A stretch of DNA of 64,000 nucleotides from Myxococcota bacterium (GTDB taxonomy: Bacteria > Myxococcota_A > SURF-8). Positions within the stretch are counted from its first letter, which is position 1, and the number at the start of each line of letters is the position of its first letter. Shown here in pieces: positions 1 through 10,480 of this stretch. The notes under the pieces were generated by a model, which was not told the origin of the DNA, did no database searches, and saw only the letters and a program-made list of their open reading frames with translations. A program made the position numbers and the translations under genes. The DNA lies in the NCBI GenBank assembly GCA_963674735.2, contig CAXXQS010000001.1, positions 640,001 through 704,000 on the forward strand, given 5' to 3'.

Positions 1-318
1 AAACCATGCCTGGACGAAGTCCCCAGCCTGGAGCGGCTGACCAAACGTTCCGGGGCGCTGGATGTGACGGTGTTGGCGGTGAGTGTGGATAAAGGTTTTG
101 ACGAAATCGAAAAAGCGCTGCCGAATACCAATCTGAATATCCTGCTCGATCCCAAAATGGAGATCGCCCACCGATACGGCACCACCAAGTTTCCCGAGAC
201 CTGGGTGATCAGTCCGCAGGGCAAAATCGTGGCGCGTTTTATCGGGGCGCGGAACTGGGACAGTCCGCTTTTCGAGCGTTTTTTCCAGATGGTGACGAGT
301 GGGAAGGGCATGCCCTGA
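1..318 (+). CDS. TlpA/ResA-like thiol-disulfide oxidoreductase (5'-truncated by window edge)
   Basis: Frame 1 is open from base 1: KPCLDEVPSLERL (second half of the CxxC motif followed by ExPxL), VLAVSVD, cis-Pro loop YGTTKFPETWVI, and G(K)IVARFIGARNWDS, all typical of the TlpA/Redoxin fold. Confidence 0.85.
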   Translation, partial: KPCLDEVPSLERLTKRSGALDVTVLAVSVDKGFDEIEKALPNTNLNILLDPKMEIAHRYGTTKFPETWVISPQGKIVARFIGARNWDSPLFERFFQMVTSGKGMP

Positions 319-340
319 GCGTCGAATGGGAAATGGTTGC

Positions 341-1276
341 ATGCAGACGACGAAGGCGAACAGCTTGTGGATGATTTCAGCGCTTGTAATACTTGCGCTC
401 GGGCTGTATTCCCCCCCCGTCGCCGCCTCCGATGCACAACCCATTGTGGCTCCGCCCGTCGAAACGATCCCCTCTCCCGGCCATGAATCCATGAAACCGT
501 TGCTGTGGCGACCGGTGGTGGATGGCATCGAACGAAGCTCGCTGAGGGTCGATGACGATTCCAGCCCTTTTCGCCTATTGGCTTTTCGTGTCGATCTGAC
601 ACGCTTTCGCCTGATCGCCGCCGATGCACGCCAGTTCGGTCCCGAACGCAAAACCGCCGATCTGCGCGAGATGGCGCGTTGGTGGAAAGGGCTGCTGGCG
701 GTCAATGGCTCCTACTTCGATGAGAACGACCGCCCGCTGGGGTTGGTGGTATCGAATGGAGTCACCCTCAATTCTTTCCGCAAAGCCGATTGGGGGGTGC
801 TCTACGAGGTGGATGGCCGGGCGGGACTGGTGCATACCCGCGACTGGCCGAAACGGTCCGAAACGCTCGACCCCGATTTCGCCATCCAGGTCGGACCGCG
901 TGTGGTGGTCAATGGCGAACCGACGCGCCTCAAACCGCAAATCCATCGCCGGGCGGCTATCGGGATCTTGCCCGGCGGACGGTCGCTGGTGCTGGTCGTC
1001 ACCGACAGCGGCAAGGCTGAAGCCAACGCTTTGGCGCGCGTGATGGCCACGTCACCGGAAAAGGGCGGCCTGGGGTGTCGCGACGCGGTCATGATGGACG
1101 GCGGTCCCTCCGCTCAGCTTTACCTGAATGCCGGAGGGCAAAACCTGTCTGTGCCGGGGGGCTGGTCGGTTCCCGTGGGCGTTCTCGTGGTTGAACGCAA
1201 TGCCGCACCCAACACCCAAGATCGTGCTATCCCTGCCGATCATTCATCCTCTTCCCGACAGGAGGCTCACCCGTGA
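341..1276 (+). CDS. Secreted phosphodiester glycosidase (NAGPA-family) protein
   Basis: Signal peptide, LAVNGSYFD, AIQVGPRVV, RRAAIGI and GCRDAVMMDGGPSAQL motifs. ATG at 341 is preferred over the 299 start, which overlaps the upstream gene. Confidence 0.85.
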   Translation: MQTTKANSLWMISALVILALGLYSPPVAASDAQPIVAPPVETIPSPGHESMKPLLWRPVVDGIERSSLRVDDDSSPFRLLAFRVDLTRFRLIAADARQFGPERKTADLREMARWWKGLLAVNGSYFDENDRPLGLVVSNGVTLNSFRKADWGVLYEVDGRAGLVHTRDWPKRSETLDPDFAIQVGPRVVVNGEPTRLKPQIHRRAAIGILPGGRSLVLVVTDSGKAEANALARVMATSPEKGGLGCRDAVMMDGGPSAQLYLNAGGQNLSVPGGWSVPVGVLVVERNAAPNTQDRAIPADHSSSSRQEAHP

Positions 1277-2892
1277 GCGTGTCTCGACGATTTCGGGGGC
1301 GAGCGTGGCTCGTCCTCTCGCTGGCGTTTCTATTGACGATTCCGAACCTGCTTGCGGCTTCCATGCCGGACGGTGAGGGGGCGGAAGCCTACCACGATCC
1401 GGGTTTTCCAACTCCGTTCAGCGACGACGAGCGTGTGCTGTTCGACCGCGTGCGCCATATTTTCGGGCAGGCCGGAAACCCCTTACCGCGTCTCGATGCC
1501 GGATTACGCCGGGCGGCCCTGGCCGAAGCAGCCGGACTGCTGGCGACCTCGCCCGAGGATCGCGAGACCCGCAAACAGCGCGATATGCGGGGAATTTTGC
1601 GTCACCACGGCGTCTCGGATTTTCAGGTTCGCGGGGGATTCGCCGCCAGTTCGGATAAAAAACAACTGATTGCAGGCCTGGCCGCCTGGGCGGCCAAACG
1701 CGTCGAAGCCGGATGGAACCGCATTGGGGTGGCCCTGGCGAGCAACGCCGATGAAACGGCGGCGGCGGTTTTTCTCACGCGCCGCGTGGTGCAGTTGGAA
1801 GCGATTCCGCAACGGATCAAGCGGAAAGGGACGCTGGAACTGACGGGTCGTACGGCGACCGGCGTGAAAAAAGTTGTTTTCTACATGTCGGGCCCGGATG
1901 GGCGCATCAAAAAAATCAAACCTTTGCGGCTGCCCTCGGGGGGAATTTCCGCCGAAATCGAGATCGCGAAGCCGGGCCGCTATGCCGTGGAAGTGATGGC
2001 GACGGAAGAGGCCGGACCGAAAGTGGCGGCGCTGCTGCATGTCTGTTTCGGCGACTGTCCATCCGGTGACGCGCCGGTATTAAGCGGAAGCCTCGATGCC
2101 GGAGATCCGGAATCGGCCCAGCGCGACATCCTGGCCTGGATCAATGCGCGTCGCGCCGAAGCCCGGCGCAAACCGCTGCTTCTCGATGACCGCCTCACGG
2201 ATATCGAATCGGCGTACCTGAAAACGCTGCCGGATGACCGCGCGCTGGCGCACCAAAACCCGCAAGGTCGCGACGCCGGGGCGCGTCTCAAAGCTGCCGG
2301 GCTGGATCTCGCGGTCTACGGGGAGAATCTCGGACGGCACAAGCGTTTGTCCGGCCTGCTTAAAAATCTGCAAGATTCGCCCGCGCATCTGTCCAACCTG
2401 CTTTCGGCGGCCTTTACTCACGTGGGAATCGCCGTGCGCCGCAATCCGAACGACGGGCGATGGACGGTCGGCCAGTTGTTCGCCGCTTTCGAAGAGGCGG
2501 CCGTGTGGCCGGCCGTGAGAATGGTGAAACCGCCCAGTACGTTCTGGAAGGCGCTGCATGAGAACCGACGCGTGCAAAACGCTCCAGCCATGGGCTTGTA
2601 TCGAAAATACATGAATCTGGCGCGAACACATTTACGGGCGCAGATAAAGAACGGACAGATCGACCCGGCGCGTTTGCGAGCGGGGGTCCAGATGACGCTG
2701 AATGCCGATCCGAACGACCCCATCCGCATGGTGGCGCTGTTCACCGCCGCCAGTTTCGATGAATTGGCCGAATTTTCAGGATTCGTGCAGCCGCAGTGGA
2801 ATGTATTGGGTCTGGCGGTGGCACGATTGAAAAACGGGCAATTGGCGGCCTTGGCTCTGCTGGGCGTTCGTCTCGAAGCCGAAAGACGTTAA
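1273..2892 (+). CDS. Secreted CAP (SCP) domain protein
   Basis: Signal peptide; canonical CAP domain (INARRA...H...GENL...SPAHLSNLL...FTHVGIAV), flanked by two degenerate CAP-like segments and a beta-sandwich. GTGA overlap with the upstream stop. Confidence 0.85.
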   Translation: MSVSRRFRGRAWLVLSLAFLLTIPNLLAASMPDGEGAEAYHDPGFPTPFSDDERVLFDRVRHIFGQAGNPLPRLDAGLRRAALAEAAGLLATSPEDRETRKQRDMRGILRHHGVSDFQVRGGFAASSDKKQLIAGLAAWAAKRVEAGWNRIGVALASNADETAAAVFLTRRVVQLEAIPQRIKRKGTLELTGRTATGVKKVVFYMSGPDGRIKKIKPLRLPSGGISAEIEIAKPGRYAVEVMATEEAGPKVAALLHVCFGDCPSGDAPVLSGSLDAGDPESAQRDILAWINARRAEARRKPLLLDDRLTDIESAYLKTLPDDRALAHQNPQGRDAGARLKAAGLDLAVYGENLGRHKRLSGLLKNLQDSPAHLSNLLSAAFTHVGIAVRRNPNDGRWTVGQLFAAFEEAAVWPAVRMVKPPSTFWKALHENRRVQNAPAMGLYRKYMNLARTHLRAQIKNGQIDPARLRAGVQMTLNADPNDPIRMVALFTAASFDELAEFSGFVQPQWNVLGLAVARLKNGQLAALALLGVRLEAERR

Positions 2893-3033
2893 GCCTGTTC
2901 CCAAATCGTTGTGGTGCGGGACTAAGCCGGTTTGTCGAAGCGCGGAACGATTGACGCCATCCGCGACTTCCGGTAAGGTCTCGGAACGAACGGTCCCGAA
3001 GTTCTGTCTATCGATATCCGATTGAGGACGATT

Positions 3034-4515
3034 ATGAATACACGCTTGACGATAATAGCGGTTTTGCTTTTTATGCCGGTTTTTCTTTTCGCTTGCGGCG
3101 GTGATTCCGACGAGAAACGGTCGGACGACGACGGGGACGCGGATACGCAAGAACGCGATGAAGAGGGACTTGCGGACGACGGGGATTGGGAATCGCTGTT
3201 GCCGGATGGCGACGAGGATGTGCTCGACAGTGACGGGGATCTTGATGTGGAAAAGGAAGTCGAAGCCGAGGCCGAAGTCGAAGAAGAACCGCCCCCCGAA
3301 CCCTTCGAAGTCGATGACCTGATGGCCACTAAAGTGATCGGCAATGTCACCTTCGAACCCGATGCGACCGACCCGACGATGCAACTGCATCCGGCGGTGA
3401 TCTTCGATGGCGAGGCCGTATGGATGGTTTACAACAAACCCGATACGCGAAACACCTTTGATGTGTATGCGACTCGGATCAACGGGGACGGCAGCACCGC
3501 CGTTGAACCGTTCTTGTTGAACACCACCGATTTCTACGAGTTGGACCCCGATCTGGTGAAGACCAGCGATGGCCGTATCCGCGCGGCCTGGCAGACCATG
3601 AACGACGAAGACGCCATGGGGCATAATTTCGACATTTACTTCCGTAGTTTCGATGTGGATGGCGCAAACCTGCTCGCCGGCGAGCGGCGTCTGGTCATGA
3701 CGCTCGACGGCGCCTTGGCGGATGAGAAATCGACAATGGTGACGCTGGCCGCCCTCAATTCGGGCCGCTGGGCCATTTCCGGTCTCTGGGCGCATCCCGA
3801 CGCTACCGCCTGGCAGACGTTTATCCAGCCAATGGGAGCCGACGATCAGCCCGAGGGTGAGGTGATCGCCGCCATGACGAATCTCGACGAATTTCACAAT
3901 ACGCCTGCCCTGGCTGCCGAGGCGGATGGTCGCTTGCATCTGGTATGGCTCAAGGAACCCTTGGATGCCGATGTCAGAGACGTCTTGTGGACGAGTGTGG
4001 CGGCTGGTGCGACGACAATCACACCCGATCCGGGTGCCCGACCCTTCAGCGATACGCAAACGGAATACGGCGATGTGGCCTGTTCGTCCGGCGCGAACGG
4101 CCCCTGCTACGTGGCGGCAGCGACCGTCACCGGCTCCGACAGCGACATCCTGGTGGGGCGTCTGCCCGATCCCGACTCGTCGGGAGCCGCCAGCCGTATC
4201 GGTCGTTTCGGGCGTGCGGGTGTGGCCGAGGGCGAACCGGAACTGGCCGTGGGACAAAACGAAGCGCTGGTGGCCTGGCACCAAGCGGTGAACGGTGTGC
4301 GTGGCGCGCTGATGGTCCAGGGCTTCGAAGAGGTGGAAGGTCGCTTGGACTCCATCGGAAATCCGCGAAAACTGAACGACCTCGATACCTATATGATCTG
4401 CCCGCCCACTCTGACCTATATCGGCGAGGATATCTACTTCGTGGCTTGGGTGGAAGGCAGCAACCCCGACTTTCGCATCAAAGGCCGATTCATCCGCGCC
4501 CGCCCAACCCGTTGA
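3034..4515 (+). CDS. Lipoprotein with acidic DGD linker and probable 7-blade beta-propeller
   Basis: RBS GAGGA; lipobox LFAC; Asp/Glu-rich DGD linker; about 7 repeats of a PxL/VAxxxDGxxxxAW-type blade motif. Confidence 0.75.
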   Translation: MNTRLTIIAVLLFMPVFLFACGGDSDEKRSDDDGDADTQERDEEGLADDGDWESLLPDGDEDVLDSDGDLDVEKEVEAEAEVEEEPPPEPFEVDDLMATKVIGNVTFEPDATDPTMQLHPAVIFDGEAVWMVYNKPDTRNTFDVYATRINGDGSTAVEPFLLNTTDFYELDPDLVKTSDGRIRAAWQTMNDEDAMGHNFDIYFRSFDVDGANLLAGERRLVMTLDGALADEKSTMVTLAALNSGRWAISGLWAHPDATAWQTFIQPMGADDQPEGEVIAAMTNLDEFHNTPALAAEADGRLHLVWLKEPLDADVRDVLWTSVAAGATTITPDPGARPFSDTQTEYGDVACSSGANGPCYVAAATVTGSDSDILVGRLPDPDSSGAASRIGRFGRAGVAEGEPELAVGQNEALVAWHQAVNGVRGALMVQGFEEVEGRLDSIGNPRKLNDLDTYMICPPTLTYIGEDIYFVAWVEGSNPDFRIKGRFIRARPTR

Positions 4516-4688
4516 TGATCGGGAATTATTACGGGTGCTTTTTCAATCTATGGGTGTAAGTTTTCTAAAGCCGTCAACCGACGGGCCGGGGCGTAGTGTT
4601 TCGCCTTTTGCTGGATTCACGCTATCGATTGTGTTAAACATGGAAAATACGCTCACCGTTTCGTAACAGCGAGGGGATAGGCAGACTG

Positions 4689-5732
4689 ATGCGGATTTCA
4701 AAAAAGAGCGCAGCCTTCGTTGATTTTCTCAAACAACGCGCGCCGAAGGGGCAAGCGCTGGTCGTCATGCACGACAATCCGGACCCCGACAGTCTGGCAT
4801 CCGGCATGTTGCTGAAAAACATTTTCGAGCGTGCCTACGGCATGACGGTGGTTATGGCCTATAACGGCATTATCGGGCGTGCGGAAAACCGTCAAATGGT
4901 GCAGGAATTGGGGTTGTCGTTGGTGCGCACGCGCCGCTTGAAACTTGATGACTATGCGATTGTCGCCACGGTCGACACGCAGCCGGGAGCGGGGAACAAT
5001 CTGCTCGATTCCGCCGACCGCGTGGATATCGTGATCGACCATCATCCGCGTCTGCCGGGTCTACGCGGCGTTCCCTGGACGGATATTCGCACTCGTCACG
5101 GCGCTTCGACCACCATTGCACTCGAATACCTGACCGCTCACAAACTGGATCTCACCAAAACCGAGGCCACTGCTTGCATCTATGCTTTGAAGAGTGAAAC
5201 TCAGGATCTCGGACGCGAAGCCGTCCCAGCCGACCGACGCGCCTACTTTCACCTGTTTACCAAGGCCGATTATGAGATGCTTTTCCGTATCAGCCGCGCC
5301 CAGGTGGGGCGGGAATACTTTCGCAGTCTATCGCGTGGCTTGGAAAATTCGCGCATCTATAACGATGTTCTCATTACCAATCTCGATACCATCGATATTC
5401 CCGATTACGTCCCTGAAATCGCCGATATGTTGTTGCGATTGAAAGAGGTGGTCTGGACGTTTGTGGTCGGTCGTTATCAGGATAACCTGTATTTATCGAT
5501 TCGGACTCTGGACACCCGTGCGAATGCCGGAGATGTCATGAAACAGGTGGTCGCCGGCTTGGGGAGCGGGGGAGGTCACGATCTGATGGCGGGCGGTCGT
5601 GTCGAGAATTTGGAAGCCGGGGTCGATCCGAAAGTGGTGATCGAAGAGTTGATGCAGCGTTGCTTGAAAGCGTTACGCAAGCGCAGCTCCGGCTCAGACC
5701 TGATCGCTACGGCTACCGAAAAGCGCGAGTGA
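4689..5732 (+). CDS. DHH/DHHA1 family phosphoesterase (NrnA-like)
   Basis: HDNPDPDSLAS, VDTQ, IDHHP and GGGHDLMAGG motifs. Confidence 0.92.
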   Translation: MRISKKSAAFVDFLKQRAPKGQALVVMHDNPDPDSLASGMLLKNIFERAYGMTVVMAYNGIIGRAENRQMVQELGLSLVRTRRLKLDDYAIVATVDTQPGAGNNLLDSADRVDIVIDHHPRLPGLRGVPWTDIRTRHGASTTIALEYLTAHKLDLTKTEATACIYALKSETQDLGREAVPADRRAYFHLFTKADYEMLFRISRAQVGREYFRSLSRGLENSRIYNDVLITNLDTIDIPDYVPEIADMLLRLKEVVWTFVVGRYQDNLYLSIRTLDTRANAGDVMKQVVAGLGSGGGHDLMAGGRVENLEAGVDPKVVIEELMQRCLKALRKRSSGSDLIATATEKRE

Positions 5733-5735
5733 ATC

Positions 5736-8700
5736 ATGCCTCGAATTCTGCCTTTCCTTTTGCTTGGCTGTCTGCTGTTCCTCTCCATTCAAGCTGAAAC
5801 CGTCCATGCGCGCGAAGCGTCGCCGCTGGAATTCGCTTTGGGCCAGGCGTTGCGACCGCTCATCAGCCAGGATCCAACTCAGCTGTCGGATCCGAGTTTG
5901 CTGAAAGCCGCCGAGGCGGCTTTGCTGGCGGAGCGTCCGTTGCTGGCGGAGTGGATCCTACATTCCGTTAAAGACGAAGCGGGGGGGCCTCTGATCGACT
6001 ATCTGCAGTTCGAGGTCTTTCGGCAGTTGGGCGATACACAGGCGGCCTACGAAATGTTGGATGCTCATCTGGGCACGTGGCCGCCCGAGAAGTTTGTCGG
6101 AGAAGATTGGGATGCGCGTATCGGCCGACTCTCCGATTGGCTGTTGGAGCGGGGCGATTTGGAGGTCGGCTGGCCGTGGATCGCGGCGCTGAAAGAACGG
6201 GCTCCTGCGTCGTCACAAATGATCAAACACTGGTTGCGTTGGCTGGCCTTCAAAGACGGTCACGAGGCCGTTCGCCGGAAATTGGCAGCGTTCGACCGTG
6301 AACACGATCCGGCTCTTCTACGGGTTTTGGCCGAAGTTTCCGCTGATGTCGGCTGTATCGATCTGTCGGTGGCATACACCCTGCGGTTGTGGCGTTTAAG
6401 CGAAAACGAAAACGACTGGGCGGCGGCTTATGCGCTGTTTGCGCGAAATGCGTCCAATGGGCTACGCGACAACGTATTGGCGGACCTGATTGCGCGTCAA
6501 CCCGGTTTGAAATTCTGGATGGATTTCAAACTTGCCGACTATGCCGATCCGGATGTCTTGGCCGAATCTATCGCCGATCATCCGGTCGTCTCCGAGGTGG
6601 ATGCATGGCGGAGATCGGCCCTGCTGTGGCGTTTCGGGAAGCGTGGTCGGGCGACAATCGATCTGCCCCCGAAAGAAGACGTGACCGCCGATGCTGAAAA
6701 TTCACGGGTCTTGCTGGATACGCTGTTACCGAGACTGGATGAGCGAAAGGACGTATCCGATACCGATCGAGCCGACTGGATGGCACGGGTGGTGCGGGTT
6801 TGGACGCAACTGGCCGAGGCGGATCCGTCCCCCGAGGCTGCGGCGCTCCGTTTGCTGCAAGCACCCGCTGATCCCGATAAAGCGTTACGTGCCTTGATTG
6901 ACGGGGATCTCGCGACGATGTCGAAGGCGCAAACGCTCATGGCTGCTCTGCTGGAGATTTCCGTTTTAACCCGTCTCGGCGAAACGCAGATGGCGGCGAC
7001 GCGGTTGTCGTTTGCTCTTGACCGGGCCGATGCGGCGAAACAGCGTGTGTTGCTGGAGGAAGTCGCGGCTCTAGCTCGTGCAGGAAATGGGCAAGCCGAA
7101 GGACCGCTGAAGAACCTCGCCATCGAGCAACTGCGGAAGCGGGAAACGCAAAAAGCCGAATCCGAACCGGATTTGCGGACCTTTCTTTTGCATGAAGGTC
7201 TCAAACACCGTTTCGATATGAATCCCTTTCATGCTGCGGCGAACGCGGGCAAACTCTCCACGGTTGTCTACCTCGATTTACTGCGACGCTGTTACGACAC
7301 CTTCGGCGAGCGGGCCTGTTTTCCACGGGATACCGCTTTACCCACGCCGGACAGCCTTACCGACCGATTGCGGCTCCTGGAACTTCTGTTTCGGCTGGAT
7401 CGCCACGAGAATGCATTGGCGATCATGCACAAGATCGAAAACGAAGCCGCCGCTTCGGGTCCGTTGAATCTGGCTCAACGCCTGCTGCCTGCGTACCTTG
7501 ATTTTCGCGACGGGCTGGCCTACGTCAATCGCCGCCGCCGGATCTCGCTCGATATCCACACTCAGTTGATCTTACGTTTGCTGCGACGCCATGTGGACGA
7601 ACAACGCGCCGCTTCCGACTGGGGCCGCGTGTTTGATATTCTCAACCGAATGCAGGGCGATGTGATGCGTGATGAAGCGGCTGCTCAACGCCAGCGGCGC
7701 GAGGCGTTATGGGAGATCGATCGGGATCTCGATGCGGCGGTCTTCGATTTCACGCAGCTTTACACCGCGTTCGGACCGCAATCCGCCGATCTGAACGTGC
7801 GTGTGATGGCCGGATTGGCTGCCAATACAAACCCGGATTTCTTCAAGATATTCTGGGGACAGGTGGGCCGGAGTCTGACGAATGTTTCTGATTTGTCCCA
7901 TTTGGCCTTTATCCTTGTGCGGCGCGAAGATAATGCGTTGCAACGTTCGTTTGACGAGGTCTTAGCCCGTTGGCGACGTGGTTTGGATGCGGAGGACAAG
8001 CCCCTGCAATTTCAAGAGGCTGCCTGGCGTCTTCTCGCTATCTCCGATCGTCAAAAGACGGCGGTGCAGCGACGAAACGAAAAGTCCAAAGAGTACCGTA
8101 GAGCCTTTGACAAAACCATCACGGCTTTAGTGGAACGTCGGGAAAAGCTGTTGGATTATGCCAAACTTCCTTTCAAGCGGCTGGCTCTGAGCTATGCTCC
8201 CACGCCGGATATTCACGGCTTATCGGCGGATGTGATTGCCACGGAATTCATTAACAATGCCTGGGTAATCGAGGATTGCCTGATCGAGTCGGTCGAGAAG
8301 GCCACCCCGTTCCGGTTTGCGCTCGAAATCACGGTGAGCCAGACCGGAACCGTCCAGCGGGTTGCTTTTCGCAACCGGCCGGTGTTGTCGCATGAGACAC
8401 GGACGTGTATCGAGACGCGCTTGATGGGTTTTGCTTTTGAACCACCGGATCCGCCGTTTGGATACACGGTTATCGAGGCGACGGCAGAACCCACCGCCCC
8501 GGAAGGGTGGAGGACACGTGAAATTGAAGCGCGCAAGGCCTGGATATCCCGTGTCATATCTGGATTGAAAGCTCGCTCCGTTTTTCTGGAAAAACAAGCC
8601 GAGCAACGCCTGGAACGAGTACAGGCTTTACAGGATCTGGCCGGACAGTTCATGCGGCTGGGATACCGGATTGCCTATGATTCGGCGCGTTACCGTGAAG

Positions 8701-8864
8701 CAGCCTGGTATATGGGACATGTGGAACGCGACGCCGCATCTGCCGGGCATGTGGAGAATGAAGGTCGTTGGATGATGGCCTGGCAGATCGGCTGGAAAAT
8801 CGGAATCCTGTTTCTGGCGGGATGGCTGGTTGTACGTGTTCGACGCAAGCGGCGCAAAGCTTGA
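5736..8864 (+). CDS. Large exported alpha-helical (TPR-like) protein with AgmX/PglI-C (TonB-C-like) domain and C-terminal membrane anchor
   Basis: Signal peptide (VHA), Ala/Leu-rich helical body, segment IEDC...FALEITVSQTGTV...TRTCIETRLMGFAFEPP, terminal hydrophobic helix followed by RVRRKRRK. Confidence 0.65.
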   Translation: MPRILPFLLLGCLLFLSIQAETVHAREASPLEFALGQALRPLISQDPTQLSDPSLLKAAEAALLAERPLLAEWILHSVKDEAGGPLIDYLQFEVFRQLGDTQAAYEMLDAHLGTWPPEKFVGEDWDARIGRLSDWLLERGDLEVGWPWIAALKERAPASSQMIKHWLRWLAFKDGHEAVRRKLAAFDREHDPALLRVLAEVSADVGCIDLSVAYTLRLWRLSENENDWAAAYALFARNASNGLRDNVLADLIARQPGLKFWMDFKLADYADPDVLAESIADHPVVSEVDAWRRSALLWRFGKRGRATIDLPPKEDVTADAENSRVLLDTLLPRLDERKDVSDTDRADWMARVVRVWTQLAEADPSPEAAALRLLQAPADPDKALRALIDGDLATMSKAQTLMAALLEISVLTRLGETQMAATRLSFALDRADAAKQRVLLEEVAALARAGNGQAEGPLKNLAIEQLRKRETQKAESEPDLRTFLLHEGLKHRFDMNPFHAAANAGKLSTVVYLDLLRRCYDTFGERACFPRDTALPTPDSLTDRLRLLELLFRLDRHENALAIMHKIENEAAASGPLNLAQRLLPAYLDFRDGLAYVNRRRRISLDIHTQLILRLLRRHVDEQRAASDWGRVFDILNRMQGDVMRDEAAAQRQRREALWEIDRDLDAAVFDFTQLYTAFGPQSADLNVRVMAGLAANTNPDFFKIFWGQVGRSLTNVSDLSHLAFILVRREDNALQRSFDEVLARWRRGLDAEDKPLQFQEAAWRLLAISDRQKTAVQRRNEKSKEYRRAFDKTITALVERREKLLDYAKLPFKRLALSYAPTPDIHGLSADVIATEFINNAWVIEDCLIESVEKATPFRFALEITVSQTGTVQRVAFRNRPVLSHETRTCIETRLMGFAFEPPDPPFGYTVIEATAEPTAPEGWRTREIEARKAWISRVISGLKARSVFLEKQAEQRLERVQALQDLAGQFMRLGYRIAYDSARYREAAWYMGHVERDAASAGHVENEGRWMMAWQIGWKIGILFLAGWLVVRVRRKRRKA

Positions 8865-8883
8865 GCGAGAGTCCGACCCAATC

Positions 8884-8914
8884 AAAAAAACAGGCGACCA
8901 TCCGGCCGCCTGTT
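8884..8914 (-). terminator. Rho-independent terminator of the cyclophilin gene (possibly bidirectional)
   Basis: aacaggcg...cgcctgtt stem with an A7 run on the + strand (U-tract on -), between convergent genes. Confidence 0.7.
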
Positions 8915-8943
8915 GTCGTTTTCGACCTGCGCGTTATGACTTA

Positions 8944-9582
8944 CTATTTTTCGATGATGCGGACTTTCTTCAGCACGACGTTTTCCATCGGTTTGTCGCG
9001 GGCGTCGCGCGGGACGCGAGCGATGGCTTTTGCGATATCGAGGCCTTTGGTCACTTCACCGAAAATCGTGTGGCGGTTATTGAGGTGCGGCGTCGGGACT
9101 TCGGTGATGAAGAACTGGCTGCCATTGGTATTGGGTCCGGCATTGGCCATGGCCAGCAGACCCGGTCGATCGAATTTGAGGCTTGCGTTGAATTCATCTT
9201 CGAAACGGTAGCCGGGACCGCCCGTGCCGTTTCCTTTCGGATCGCCCGCCTGAATCATGAAGTTGGGGATGACACGATGGAAAATGGTGCCGTCGTAGAG
9301 GGGCTTTTTCACTTTTTGGAGGGTTTTCGGGTCGACCCATTCTTTCTCACCTTTGGCCAGTTCGACGAAATTCTTGACGGTCTTCGGCGCTTTGTCGGGG
9401 AACAGCTTGATGTGGATGTCACCGAGACTGGTTTCGAGAATCGCCGTCAGGTTCTCAGGCATCGCCTTTTCGACCTTTTTGGCTGGAGCCGCGGGTTCTT
9501 TTTCCTGGGTGGCGCCATTGCTGCTGCAGCCGGCGGTCAACAACCAGGCGAACGCCAACAAAATTACTAACGTTTTCTTCAT
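8944..9582 (-). CDS. Cyclophilin-type peptidyl-prolyl cis-trans isomerase, lipoprotein
   Basis: Lipobox TAGC; [53 protein letters not shown]. Confidence 0.97.
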   Translation of the reverse strand: MKKTLVILLAFAWLLTAGCSSNGATQEKEPAAPAKKVEKAMPENLTAILETSLGDIHIKLFPDKAPKTVKNFVELAKGEKEWVDPKTLQKVKKPLYDGTIFHRVIPNFMIQAGDPKGNGTGGPGYRFEDEFNASLKFDRPGLLAMANAGPNTNGSQFFITEVPTPHLNNRHTIFGEVTKGLDIAKAIARVPRDARDKPMENVVLKKVRIIEK

Positions 9583-9682
9583 TCCAACCTCCTTGATTCG
9601 ATTTATCTTTCTCGACGGAGAAAAAGCATAGCCGGTTTTGCCGATCCTGCAAGAATTTTCGTACTAAAAAGGGCCGACCCTT

Positions 9683-10381
9683 TCAGGTTGATACACGAGT
9701 GGCTTGCTGACTATTGGGACTACGCAACAAAATGGCCGAAACGATGGGCATATCGAAATCACTGACATGCCCATGGAGTCCATCCGGTGAAAACGTCTGA
9801 AAATGCTTGAATATTTTCAGCTCGTGCCGGTCGAAACCGATGAAGTCGAAAGGGACCGGATTGCGGTCGGGTGCGTGCAAAGGGCATTGATCCGCTAGAA
9901 TCAGCTTAGAAACCGGATCTTTGAAAGGCAATCCCTGAAAGCGGCAGATGGAAGGCCGATAGTCGTAAGCGAGGCAGGTGCCTTTGTCGCTCAGGAAGAG
10001 GCAAGGAGTCTGATCGAAACGGGAAAAAAAATCGGATGTTTCCATATTCTCCGGTTGATCGGCTATCCGATGAGGAAACGGCCAGCCGCAGGCTTCGAGT
10101 TCGCGGCTCTGCTCCTTTGCGCGGATATGAATGTCAGCCGCAAACACGGAATCAGGCGCATAGAAGGCCAGAAGCAGGATATCGAGAATGGAAACTTCGA
10201 ATAATCCCAGGCAACAATCGTGGCATCCTCTGTGACAAAAAACTGTAATATCATCATGTTGCGTGGCTTGGAGAAAGTGTGCATCGATGCTTTGCAGTCG
10301 GTCCAGATAGCGTCGCAAATCAAACCGGAGCTGGGTGTGTTGGGCCAAGTTTCGAATCTTGTCTTCAAATAGCTTGGGCAT
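9683..10381 (-). CDS. YkgJ family cysteine-cluster (putative Zn/Fe-chelating) protein
   Basis: CHRGCHDCC and CLFL...CLAYDYRPSICR motifs. Confidence 0.88.
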   Translation of the reverse strand: MPKLFEDKIRNLAQHTQLRFDLRRYLDRLQSIDAHFLQATQHDDITVFCHRGCHDCCLGLFEVSILDILLLAFYAPDSVFAADIHIRAKEQSRELEACGWPFPHRIADQPENMETSDFFSRFDQTPCLFLSDKGTCLAYDYRPSICRFQGLPFKDPVSKLILADQCPLHAPDRNPVPFDFIGFDRHELKIFKHFQTFSPDGLHGHVSDFDMPIVSAILLRSPNSQQATRVST

Positions 10382-10450
10382 GCACGCGATTGTAGATGAA
10401 GATCATTAAAAATTCTAGTGAAATGACTATCCCTCAAACGGATTGTTGCA

Positions 10451-10480
10451 TTGACAAGGCATTTTCAGGTGTTTTACAAT
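10451..10480 (+). promoter_or_regulatory. Sigma70-type promoter for the giant-protein operon
   Basis: TTGACA-18 nt-TACAAT in an AT-rich intergenic region, about 300 nt upstream of the 10777 start. Confidence 0.6.
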
